Notes: generated by a model from the letters alone, not told the origin. Counted from the first letter of the stretch, positions 28,037-40,549 are shown. The stretch is 64,000 bases of DNA from Eledone cirrhosa (GCA_964016885.1 OZ024743.1:252712001-252776000), one strand, 5' to 3'. Program-made: numbers and translations.

Positions 28037-28147
28037 TGAAAAAGTATGACCCCGACGGCAGAGCTCAAGCCGTTTCGACGGCTATTTCTGGACCAGAAAT
28101 AGCCGTCGAAACGGCTTGAGCTCTGTCGTCGGGGTCCTACATTTTCA
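28037..28147. repeat. ~110-bp palindrome made of two HHR 3' halves, within (TA)n
   Basis: 28048-28136 has 44-bp arms with one G-T pair. Each arm has GAAA CGGC TTGAGCTCT GYCG TC GGGGTC. A related sequence ends the PLE at ~50013-50057. Confidence 0.88.
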
Positions 28148-28292
28148 TATATATATATGTATAAGTATTGAGTACTCTGGTGCATTATGGTCCATCTGGT
28201 TCCTTACAACATTTCCTTTGTTATATATATATATATATATATAGATAGATAGATAGATACCTACATATACGTATGTGAGTTTATGTGTGATG

Positions 28293-28383
<91 letters not shown>

Positions 28384-28869
28384 CCATAAACTCACATACA
28401 TGCCTATACATAAATAGATAGTTATACATAAATGAAATTTTCTTTTAAAAGAAAATATTGACTTATATTTTAAGACGTGTGAAATGTTCTATGTTTTTAT
28501 CAAACTGATCTTTAACAAAATGTTTTTCTGTACCAATTTGCTTAGTATATTTTTCTTTGTCCAATTTTATTTTGAATTTAATTTTTAGTATATTTTTAAT
28601 GTTTCTATTATAATTTTGTTTTCATTTATCTTCGTGAGGGTGGATGAGCTATTTATTAAATTGTTTTCCATATTTTGTTGATAAGACTATTGTTTTTGAT
28701 ACGTAGTTGGATTATTGTTTCCATATATAGGTGCAGATCTAGGTGTGTGGCTTAGGAGTTAGTTTCCCAGTTATGTGGTCTAATGTTCAATTCCTTGTAA
28801 TATATCCTTGTGGTGAGCTATGCATTTTGAATGGAATTTGGTGGACAGAAACTGTATGGAAGACCATCA

Positions 28870-28913
<44 letters not shown>

Positions 28914-28918
<5 letters not shown>

Positions 28919-29127
28919 TAAAATAACAGATTAAAGTTTAAGCAACGAATCGCTGCTTTCAGCCTTAACAGGGTCTTCTGAAACTAAAACAAAAATCAAT
29001 TTGTGAACGCAGAAGTAAATATTTCGAAAAACATTGCAACCGAAGGAGAACAGGAAGACGATACTTGGGTTCGTGAAGACGTTCCCTGGCAATGAACAGA
29101 AAAAAGGCGAAGATAATATGTCGTTAT
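28914..29127 (-). mobile_element. PLE pLTR-like remnant with CAGAAGA hammerhead variant (inverted partner at 37415-37632; third copy at 42894-42960)
   Basis: Reverse-complement similarity to 37415-37632. The motif reads GTTT CAGAAGA...GAAA GCAGCG ATT CGTTGC TT AAAC. Confidence 0.7.
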
Positions 29128-29248
29128 GTGGAGTGGTGAGAACAAATACATGCAAAGAGAAAACCACGTTTATGGTATAAATGGAGTCATTAGACTAATA
29201 TTCTATTTAGGAACCCGAATGATTCTCGGCTTCAGAGTTAAGAATAAT

Positions 29249-29423
29249 TGTTTCTACTTTAGGCACAAAACCAGTGCAAAACTGGTACTTTATTTTATCG
29301 ACCCCGTAAGGATGAAAGGCAAAGTTAACCTCGGCGGGATTTGAACACAGATCATAAAGGGACGTAACTATCCTAGAAAGCATGGCGTCCGACCCTCTAC
29401 CGATACTGCCAATCCGCCGCCCT
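29249..29423 (-). mobile_element. SINE family A with 13-bp TSD
   Basis: Flanked by AGTTAAGAATAAT at 29236-29248 and 29424-29436. Confidence 0.9.
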
Positions 29424-29721
29424 AGTTAAGAATAATGTAAATAAATTAGTTGATCGAAAATGACATAAAAGTAATTATAATTAAATATATACATACACAC
29501 ATCTCTATATGTACATACACGTGCATACGCGAAAACACATGCCATGCATGCATATACATGCACGTACACATAAACACGCGCACACGGACGTACACCGGCG
29601 TGGCACATATACCCGCACACATACGAACGTATACACCAAATACACATATAAATATATGTGTGTATATAATTATATATACCATATAAATATAAATATACAC
29701 GCATAAATGCGCTATTATTTT

Positions 29722-30124
29722 AAAGTAAAGGAAGGGACAGAAGCTGACATATCTGTTTCATATTGTTAGTGTTCATCAGAGCAACGTACTCGCCGGTGTT
29801 TTTAATTAAACATAGAATATATTACCAAATATACTATACATGCATTCATGTATACATCGCTATTTCAGAGCACCATTCCTAATTTTTAATTTTTGCTGGA
29901 CCGGCAATCGCTCTGTATAATCAGTTCCGGATTATTACTGGAATCCTATAAGAATCCAGCTTCTATAATTTTCGGCAGAGGTCGGCGACTACGTTACTCT
30001 GAGGAACACCAACAGTGTGAAACAGATCTGTCAGCTTCTCTCCCTTCCTTTGCTGAAAAAAGAAGTACGTCACGTAGTCACTACTTTCTTCAAAATGTTT
30101 TTAATTAAACATACAGCTTATTAC

Positions 30125-30132
<8 letters not shown>
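29722..30132 (+). mobile_element. Non-coding mini-element with inverted and direct repeats and two HHR motifs
   Basis: 29722-29795 is inverted relative to 29983-30057. A direct repeat lies at 29797-29833 and 30096-30132. The HHR CTGAKGA ACAC CAACA GTGT GAAA CAGATCTG TC AGC is at 29996-30035 (+), with a variant copy at 29743-29782 (-). Confidence 0.7.
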
Positions 30133-30163
<31 letters not shown>

Positions 30164-30659
30164 ATACATTGGGAGGGTCATGTTGCCAATAAGAAACACA
30201 CGCACCAGTTGCTTTCACTTCAATTTATTATATATCTATAAATTTATAAATTTACGAATTTACAAATCTACAAACTTATAAATTTCTGGTTGGTTGGTTG
30301 GTTCCACAACCAGATAGTTGTTTATATATATAGTCATAGTCCTTTCGTCACACACTCTGTGACCTCTTCAGTGACTGGGGATTCCTTTCTTCGTTTCTGT
30401 GCCTTTCCTTTCTTCTATCCTACGCCATTTTGTTTCTGTGTGTGTGTTGTGTGCTCAGTTTGCGCATGCGCCACATCCGGGTGTCTGTGTGTGTTTGTGT
30501 TCATTTTTCTATTTTTCTATTTATATTTTTCTATTTGTTTATTTATTTATTTATTTATTGTTGGTTGGTTGTTTGTTCTATGTGTGTGTGTGTGTTTTCA
30601 TTTTGTGTGTGTTTTCAATTGTAAGTTGTTTGTTCTACGTGTGTGTGTGTTTTCATTTT

Positions 30660-32184
30660 GTCCTTAATTGTAAGTTGTGATGTTGCTGTTCCACTCATAT
30701 TTTCTATTTAATTTTGGTTTTAATTCTTTTATGCTTACTGCCTCTGTAATTTGCCTAAACATTGCGTCTTTTCTGTGTGTGGATTCTATTTTTATTTCTA
30801 TGCTCTATAATCTACCCCTGTGTTCTATCTTAGCATGTTGGTAGAGCACAGATGATTCTTTATTATCTTGGAGGTCTCGCCAGTGTTCATTTATTCGTTC
30901 CCCTATACTACGAGCTGTCTCACCTATGTACACTATATTTTTGTTTCTACATTGTCCTTCAGTACATCTTATGCTATACACTACATTTCTAGTTTTACAG
31001 TTAATATGGGGGCTTATTTTACAGGTTATACATTTCTTATCTATACATGAGGGTCTTTGGAACGGGTATGTCTTGCTAATAAGTGTTTTTACGGAGGTAC
31101 CAGGTCTTTCTACTATCTTAATATTGAGATTATGTTTATTTAGGGCCCTTCTAAATTTGTAGGCTAGTTCGCCTCTAGGGGTTGTATTGATGAACATTAC
31201 ACTCTGGTATTTATTGCTATCATACCATGAGTTTATTCTATTGGCCTTATTCCTAGTTCTTTCTATTCTATTCCAAAATTTGCTCCTATACAAGGGGAAG
31301 GTCCCATTTATGTCATTATTTACCATTTTTTCCCATTTGGTTCTGGCTCCTTTATACACTCTGATTCTATCTCTCTGATTGTAGCCAGAGAACTGCATAC
31401 GGTGGATGAAGTGTTGTATGTGTCTCTCTAGTTCTTCGGGGTTGCACATGCGGGACACATTTCTCATCACCCGTACCAAATTCGCAATCAGTATGTTGAT
31501 TTTGGTATGGTCCGAAATGGCGGAGTTTCGGTGGATCAGATGTTTGGAAGTCATGGGTTTGGCATAATGGGAATGGAGGATTTGTTTTTGGTTGTTAATT
31601 GTATCTAACCAGAGCTCTGTGTCTAGTACAGGTAATCGATGGTTGCGGTGTCTACTTGGGTAGTCTATAGTAACTCTAATGCTCTGGTGGATGGAGTTTG
31701 CTATTTGCTGGATGCTTTCCATTGTGTTTTTCTCTAGTTCCTGACTGTTCTTTAGTGGGGGTGTCTTAACTACGATGTTTATATCATCTACGTAGCGGGA
31801 GTACATTATCAGGGTTAAGCTGTCTTCTAATTGTTCATTAAGTTTTTGTTTAAGTCTACTGTCCCACCATACCATGAATAAGTTAGCTATGTCGCCTGCA
31901 ATGCTAACACCAATGGCTGCTCCTTCCTCTTGGGCATATGTTTTACCATTAAATTTGAACATATGTTCCTTAAGGGTTAATTTTATGCTGGCCCCTACCG
32001 CATGTGCAATCATTTTCTTCAGTTCATCGTGGTTTTCGGGTGTCCGTATGGCTCTGGTCCACCCGTTCCATCTATCTGTGTGGGTTTTCTTGGCCATTGA
32101 GGTAATGGTAGGTGGTCTGCCTCTTGCTGGTCTTGTAGGGCACAGGTTGCTAAGGTCATAAGTGTCTAGGTAACTATTACTATG
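30660..32184 (-). pseudogene. Inverted duplicate of the RT C-terminal half and GIY-YIG
   Basis: ORF 30805-32223 matches the last ~460 aa of ORF 33668 apart from about 10 substitutions. Confidence 0.93.
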
Positions 32185-32792
32185 TACTGAAGGACAATGT
32201 AAAAACAAAAATATAGTGTACATAGGTGAGACAGCTCGTAGTATAGGGGAACGAATAAATGAACACTGGCGAGACCTCCAAGATAATAAAGAATCATCTG
32301 TGCTCTACCAACATGCTAAGATAGAACACAGGGGTTGATTAGAGAGCATAGAAATAAAAATAGAATCCACACACAGAAAAGACGCAATGTTTAGGCAAAT
32401 TACAGAGGCAGTAAGCATAAAAGAATTAAAACCAAAATTAAATAGAAAATATGAGTGGAACAGCAACATCACAACTTACAATTAAGGACAAAATGAAAAC
32501 ACACACACACATAGAACAAACAACTTACAATTGAAAACACACACAAAATGAAAACACACACAGGACAAAATGAAAACACACACACACATAGAACAAACAA
32601 CCAACCAACAATAAATAAATAAATAAATAAACAAATAGAAAAATATAAATAGAAAAATAGAAAAATGAACACAAACACACACAGACACCTGGATGTGGCG
32701 CATGCGCAAACTGAGCACACAACACACACACAGAAATAAAATGGCGTAGGATAGAAGAAAGGAAAGGCACAGAAACGAAGAAAGGAATCCCC

Positions 32793-32837
32793 AGTCACTG
32801 AAGAGGTCACAGAGTGTGTGACGAAAGGACTATGACT
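32793..32837 (+). ncRNA. Minimal type I hammerhead in pLTR (identical copies at 36919-36963 plus and 30332-30376 minus)
   Basis: AGTCA CTGAAGA G GTCACA GAGTG TGTGAC GAAA GGAC TA TGACT. Helices I and II are perfect and the core is intact. Confidence 0.88.
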
Positions 32838-32987
32838 ATATATATAAACAACTATCTGGTTGTGGAACCAACCAACCAACCAGAAATGTATAAGTTTGTA
32901 GATTTGTAAATTTGTAAATTTATAAATTTATAGATATATAATAAATTGAAGTGAAAGCAACTGGTGCGTGTGTTTCTTATTGGCAAC

Positions 32988-35900
32988 ATGACCCTCCCAA
33001 AGTATAACAATATCGGTTTCAACACACGATTTCAGATAAAGAATCTTGCTAAACAAATTCAGAAACGAAATATCGTAAGCCTTAGCCAGGCTAACAAGAT
33101 ACTGAAAACTACCATGTTCTGTTGTCTACGAAAAACCATAACATCTCGACAAATACGCTTCATAAAACTGTGCACCACTTCTAGAATCTACACCAACACC
33201 ATCAATACCGACGTTAGAAGATTACAACTCACCAAAAAACAAGCAGATAGGCTAAAACGAACTTTAATTCTAAACATAAAAAAGATCTATAGAGAATTAA
33301 GTCATCAAGAAAAACTAAAGCGTAACCTAATACAAGAAATATCTAAAATCACCACACCAGCAGAAAAACTAACATTTATAAGCCTTATACGCCCCGAAGA
33401 ACAGTACATTACTCAAGAATGTGATAAGCACTATAACAGAAAATTAAAGTGGCTTAAACAGGCAAAGCTAAATCGGGATACTATAGAGTATACCAATAGA
33501 TATCCCGACAAAATTGACGGTATCAACATGGCCGACACCTCATTATCTGAAGAGTTCAACAACGAAAATACCAACATTTATGGAAACACGGAAATAGATA
33601 ATAATGAAATGTCTGTGTTACGTCTGCCACCCAAATTTGCGACATTCAAGAAGGTAAATATGATTAGTTGTCTGTCAGAAATAGAAAAATCATTTACAAA
33701 ACTACGCTGGAGCATCAAAAACAAAGCAACAATATACGCACACACATATACAACACACATCCCAACAACAACAGACACACAGACACAAACAACAACAACA
33801 ACAATAGCAACATACCCAGATACAACAACAACAATAGCAACATACCCAGATACAACAACAACAGACACGCAGACACAAACAACAATAACAACACACACAA
33901 CAACGATAACACACACACACACGGAGACAACAACAACACACATCAACAACAACACACATCAACAACAACAACACACACGCATTCAATGCCTCTCACCACC
34001 ACCACAATCTTAACAAACACACAGACACAGAAAACAAGTAATGACAGTAGCACAGAAATCAGAGAAATAAGAGAAAGTAATAGGATTAAAAGGAAAAGGA
34101 GATGGGAGACTAAGGACAAAGAGAATAACCAAGACGAACACACAGACACACAAAATAGGGTAGATAACAACATTGAGCCAGTGGAAAGAGACAGGAGTAA
34201 TTATGAGAGATATAGAGACAACCATGAAGCTGAGGCTGTTGGTGGAAATAGAAACAACACAACTAACAATAATAATAGCACTAGTACACATAAAGCAGCA
34301 GCCTGGAACTCTCCGTTTTATAACCCCTCCGATAAATCATTCGACCTACGACGAGTCCACGCCACGACTTTGCCATTTAACAAACGCACGCAGTTCCCGT
34401 CGCAGGTCGATGAACAAACAGAAGCACAATTTAGTATAGCTAAATCCGAACTTAGAAATATTATAGAACAGTATAGCAAGAAGCATAATAGAATAGAGGC
34501 CCAGCAACTGGGAGAAAAATCTGCAAATGGCTTGCGTAAGCTCATGCAGCGCTCGCGTAATGGAGAGATAGCATGTTTTCCAACAGACAAGTCTGGCAGA
34601 ATGTCGGTTGACAGCCTGCCAAACTACATCCAGGCAATGCAACCCCACATCACTAACACAAGAGAGGTAACACCACAGGAGCATGAGGATAGAGAAAAAG
34701 CCCTCAATGCCCATATGGTGATGTGGACGAATATAATGCAGCCCAACAAAAGAACTGCCAACAACTTCCAGGCCTGGAACAATGACGTGTCGGCGTTGTA
34801 TGGGCTTCGAAAAGACCATAAAACGGGCTGGGACCCTGTCGCGGGACCACCAACACGGCCAGTCTGTGGGGCTAACATTGCTAGTAACTACAGACTGTCC
34901 TACTTCCTCTCCCTGATCATACGCCCCATCATTGAGATGTCCCCAGATGTGTGTGACAGCACGGAGGACCTCTTCAGCAGAATCGGCGCGGGTAACCGAT
35001 CTGGGGACCTAACAAACTGCATAATAGACAGTATGGATGTTGTATCCCTGTATCCATCTATTGACGTGGATTTTGCTGTGGAGAAATGCGTAGAAATGAT
35101 CAGCGAGAGCAAGGTTGAGTTCCGTAGGATTGATACCAGTGAGCTGGGACTTCTACTTAAGCTTACCCATAGTAATAGTTACCTAGACACTTATGACCTT
35201 AGCAACCTGTGCCCTACAAGACCAGCAAGAGGCAGACCACCTACCATTACCTCAATGGCCAAGAAAACCCACACAGATAGATGGAACGGGTGGACCAGAA
35301 ACATACGGACACCCGAAAACCACGATGAACTGAAGAAAATGATTGCACATGCGGTAGGGGCCAGCATAAAATTAACCCTTAAGGAACATATGTTCAAATT
35401 TAATGGTAAAACATATACCCAAGAGGAAGGAGCAGCCATTTGTGTTAGCATTGCAGGCGACATAGCTAACTTATTCATGGTATGGTCGGACAGTAGACTT
35501 AAACAAAAACTTAATGAACAATTAGAAGACAGCTTAACCCTGATAATGTACTCCCGCTACGTAGATGATATAAACATCGTAGTTAAGACACCCCCACTAA
35601 AGAACAGTCAGGAACTAGAGAAAAACACAATGGAAAGCATCCAGCAAATAGCAAACTCCATCCACCAGAGCATTAGAGTTACTATGGACTACCCAAGTAG
35701 ACACCCCAACCATCGATTACCTGTACTAGAGACAGAACTCTGGTTAGATACAATTAACAACCAAAAACAAATCCTCCATTCCCATTATGCCAAACCCATG
35801 ACTTCCAAACATCTGATCCACCGAAACTCGGCCATTTCGGACCATACCGAAATCAACATACTGATTGCGGATTTGGTACGGGTGATGAGAAATGTGTCCC

Positions 35901-36688
35901 GCATGTGCAACCCCGAAGAACTAGAGAGACACATACAACACTTCATCCACCGTATGCAGTTCTCTGGCTACAATCAGAGAGATAGAATCAGAGTGTATAA
36001 AGGAGCCAGAACCAAATGGGAAAAAATGGTAAATAACGACATAAATGGGATCTGCCCCTTGTATAGGAGCAAATTTTGGAATAGAATAGAAAGAACTAGG
36101 AACAAGGCCAATAGAATAAACTCATGGTATGATAGCAATAAATACCAGAGTGTAATGTTCATCAATACAACCCCTAGAGGCGAACTAGCCTACAAATTTA
36201 GAAGGGCCCTAAATAAACATAATCTCAATATTAAGATAGTAGAAAGACCTGGTACCTCCGTAAAAACACTTATTAGCAAGACATACCCGTTCCAAAGACC
36301 CTCATGTATAGATAAGAAATGTATAACCTGTAAAATAAGCCCCCATATTAACTGTAAAACTAGAAATGTAGTGTATAGCATAAGATGTACTGAAGGACAA
36401 TGTAGAAACAAAAATATAGTGTACATAGGTGAGACAGCTCGTAGTATAGGGGAACGAATAAATGAACACTGGCGAGACCTCCAAGATAATAAAGAATCAT
36501 CTGTGCTCTACCAACATGCTAAGATAGAACACAGGGGTAGATTATAGAGCATAGAAATAAAAATAGAATCCACACACAGAAAAGACGCAATGTTTAGGCA
36601 AATTACAGAGGCAGTAAGCATAAAAGAATTAAAACCAAAATTAAATAGAAAATATGAGTGGAACAGCAACATCACAACTTACAATTAA
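32988..36688 (+). pseudogene. PLE polyprotein (N-terminal domain, low-complexity linker, RT, GIY-YIG) with one frameshift and one premature TAG
   Basis: N-terminal LRLPPKF...EKSFTKLRW (ORF 32964). DKSGR, LYGLRKDHK, SMDVVSLYPSI, RYVDD and VVYSIRC...YIGETARS..ERINEH (ORF 33668). After the TAG at 36545-36547 the frame continues SIEIKIES...MFRQITEAVSI...LNRKYEW to the TAA ending at 36688. Confidence 0.92.
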
Positions 36689-37731
36689 GGACAAAATGAA
36701 AACACACACACACATAGAACAAACAACCAACCAACAATAAATAAATAAATAAATAAACAAATATAAAAATATAAATAGAAAAATAGAAAAATGAACACAA
36801 ACACACACAGACACCCGGATGTGGCGCATGCGCAAACTGAGCACACAACACACACACAGAAACACAATGGCGTAGGATAGAAGAAAGGAAAGGCACAGAA
36901 ACGAAGAAAGGAATCCCCAGTCACTGAAGAGGTCACAGAGTGTGTGACGAAAGGACTATGACTATATATATAAACAACTATCTGGTTGTGGAACCAACCA
37001 ACCAACCAGAAATTTATAAGTTTGTAGATTTGTAAATTTGTAAATTTATAAATTTATGATATATAATAAATTGAAGTGAAAGCAACTGGTGCGTGTGTTT
37101 CTTATTGGCAACATGACCCTCCCAAAGTATAACAATATCGGTTTCAACACACGATTTCAGATAAAGAATCTTGCTAAACAAATTCAGAAACGAAATATAT
37201 ATATATATATTAGAGAGTGAGGTTCTTTTACAAAATTTAAAGAAGGTGTCCTACACGAGTGAAAGTATAAGGAAAAAAGATGAAATAGAAAATGCAACTG
37301 TAGTCTCTAAAAAAAAAATATATATTTATTTGGTTCCTTTACTGGTTTCGCAGTTCTTGTACTTTTCAAAAGTAGAATTGAGATGGAGGGTTTGTGGTTT
37401 TTCTCAGATGTGAGAAATAACGACATATTATCTTCGCTTTTTTCCATTCATTGCCAGGGAATATCTTCACGAACCAACGTATCTTCTTCCTGTTTTCCTT
37501 CGGTCGCAACGTTTTTCAAAATATTTATGTCTGCGTTCACATATTGATTTTTTTTTTTTAGTTTCAGAAGATCCCGTTAAGGGTGAAAGCAGCGATTCTT
37601 TGCTTAAACTTTAATCTGTTATTTTAATAAATATTTGCTCTAGGCTTCTTATATATTTCATATATAGTTATCCCTATCGAGCCCTCTTTGGATTTTAGTC
37701 TTCACATTTATTATTATTACTATATATATAT

Positions 37732-38107
37732 GGAGGCACATGGCTTAGTGGTTAGAGCATTGGCTTTGCAATGAAAAGGTTGTGAGTTCAATTCTCAGAC
37801 CGGGTGATGTGTTGTTTCCTTGAGCAAGACACTTTATTTCACATAGCTCCAGTTTACTCAGTTGTAGAAATGAGATGATAGGGACTGGGTTCCATATCAT
37901 TCCACTGTAGAGTAGTCGTGGAGGTGCCACGGCAAAAAAGCACCCAGCCCACACTGTAAAGTGGACGTGTAGGCGCCACGGAAAAAAAGCACCCAGCACT
38001 CACTGTAAATGAGGTTGGTGTTAGGAAGGACATCCAGCTGTAGAAATCAAGCCAGAATCAGTTCCCGTCTCACCCTTGCAAGCAGGGAAAATGATGATGA
38101 TGATGAT
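37732..38107 (+). mobile_element. SINE family B (a head-only fragment follows at ~38195-38295)
   Basis: Colinear with 7186-7525, with one extra ~52-bp tail unit and a (TGA)n end. Confidence 0.88.
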
Positions 38108-38914
38108 ATATATATATATATATATACATATTATAAAGTTGTTGTGAGCTAAAGAGACGGAGTATATGATAAGGATATATATGTACAGAATATAAGTGGC
38201 TTAGTTGTTAGAAAATTGAATTCACAGTCATGAGTTTGAGTTCAATTCCTCGACCGGGCGATGTGTTATGTTCTTGAACAAGACACTTATTTCATTTTTC
38301 TCTTTCTGCTTGTAGTCATCACTGGTAGAGATTATCGACAATGGAAATACTTGTACCGTTGTTTCGTTGCTGTGACTTGACATATCCAAACCTATCAATC
38401 AATTCCTATAACAAAGTTTTACTATATAGATATGTCAATATGCCAAATATATACATTCCCATACAAATAAAAAAAAAAGGATAAATGCTTCTAGCTCTGT
38501 TTTAAACTAGTTAGGCTTTCACCAGAAGGGATGTATTTAAAATAAACAACAACAAAGAAATATGTAATCAAGCAGCTTATATACCCTATCAATGATAGTT
38601 GTATCCAAAAATAAACGTTAATTGACATATTTGAGCTCATGCTGAATATATCAGCCATAAATTAAATTCAGACACACATTTCAAAACCAAAACCCAGTCA
38701 TCTCAGACAACATAGAACCTGCTCCAATTACTAGTAGAGATGGGAGCAGACATCAGGCTACCACTGTCATATTACATAGTTTCTATATCCTATATATATA
38801 TATATATATATATACATATATGCGTATATATATATATATATATATACATATATGTATATATATATACATATATGTATATATATATACATATATGTATATA
38901 TATATACATATATG

Positions 38915-38946
<32 letters not shown>

Positions 38947-38948
38947 CA

Positions 38949-39028
<80 letters not shown>

Positions 39029-39043
39029 TGTATATATATATAT

Positions 39044-39097
<54 letters not shown>

Positions 39098-39420
39098 AGA
39101 TAAATCTACCAAATGTACGGTAGTGTCCAATCCGTATGAAGAACTCAATGTAATCCGAATATCGTGAAAAGAGAAGATGTATTCAAAAAAAACTTTTTCC
39201 GATGAAAAATACAGGAAAACAGAGTCAAGATAAATTAATAAAAATAATGAATAAACAAAGAAACAATTCCTTATATTAAAATATTCATCATTTTACGATC
39301 GTTTCTAGGATATATATGTTAGTGTTGGTATGCATATCATATAGATTTATGTAAAATTTTTACAAACTATCAGAAGGAATATACATACCTACACATATAT
39401 ATGCTGTCTTCAGAAATAAT

Positions 39421-39589
39421 TGTTTCTACTTTAGGCACAAGGCCAGAAATTATCCAGTGCATTACTGGTACTTTATTTTATCGACCCCGTAATGATGAAA
39501 AGCAAAGTCAACCTCGGCGGGATTTGAACTCAGACGTAACTATGCTGGAAAGCATAGCGTCCGACCCTCTACCGATACTGCCAATCCAC
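39421..39589 (-). mobile_element. SINE family A inserted into a pLTR hammerhead
   Basis: TSD TCAGAAATAAT at 39410-39420 and 39590-39600. The empty site is visible in the inverted pLTR copy near 42593-42603. Confidence 0.9.
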
Positions 39590-40549
39590 TCAGAAATAAT
39601 GATATTTGTTTATTGAAAAAAGCCAACAAAGATTTAATACAATAGGTCTGTTTGGGAACAGGTTTTGAATTGACCAATAGAAAGATAGTGAAGGTCAAGA
39701 TGGTAGAATAGTAGTTATAGAGCCTTAATTTAGGGGTAGAGGAAGGTAGATTTCAGTTTTGGATGGAAAGAATATTATCAATGAAAGATTATTTTAGGGA
39801 TGAAAATAGGTCATATGCTGTCTTCAGAAATAATTATATTTGTTCATTCAATAAAAGCAACAAAGATTTAATATAATAGGTCTGTTTGGGAACATGTTTT
39901 GAATTGACCGGTAGAAAGGTAATAACTGGCCAAATGGTATAATAGTAGTAATGGAACTTTAATTTAGGGGTAGAAGAAGGCAGATTTAAGTTTTGAATGG
40001 AAGGAGTATGATGAATGAAAAGGTTATTTTAGGGGTGAAAATAGGTCAGGTGGGTAAAAGGTACACGAAAAATTGCTGTTATAAAAGAATGATGCCATTG
40101 TAAATATCTAAGGAGACTAAAATTTTACGATAAATGTGTTAGTGAAAAAAGTATATGTAATTTACATCTATGAAAAGAAAAGAAATTAATTAAATTGATA
40201 GGTATATTTATATTGATAAAATTATATTAATGCATATAGATATGATAAATAAGAGTTAGATGTAATTGAAGAGTGCTGTTAAAAACGAGGGGAAATAAAA
40301 AAATATATAATTATTGTGGGGGGTGTGTTAAAATTATTAGTTAGAAATAACAAATATATAGAGGTTACAAGGAACATAGAATTTTAACCTGAAATTAAAA
40401 TAGTATATATGTATACTTAATGGTATCAATTTTAGGAAAATATAGTTGTAAAAGGGAAATAAAATTATGTAGTTCATCAGTAGTAGAATATTAATTATAG
40501 GTTAACTAAATTAAAAACAATGTTATTATAATAATTTCTAAAGTGTATA

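Larger units (their letters stand above)
30156..37198 (+). mobile_element. Near-complete Penelope-like element (Neptune-like): inverted 3' copy, partial tandem 5' pLTR, body, 3' pLTR
   Basis: 30156-32184 is the reverse complement of ~35168-37138. 32182-33073 is a direct repeat of 36385-37198. The inversion junction has ATG microhomology, and (TA)n lies on both flanks. Confidence 0.95.

Noticed and set aside
30805-32223. 472-aa minus ORF as an independent gene
   Set aside because: Its start lies in antisense sequence across the inversion junction. It is a truncated duplicate of the PLE ORF.
38331-38366. Minus-strand HHR 3' half (GAAA CAACGG...CCATTG TC)
   Set aside because: No matching CTGANGA or helix I partner could be located.
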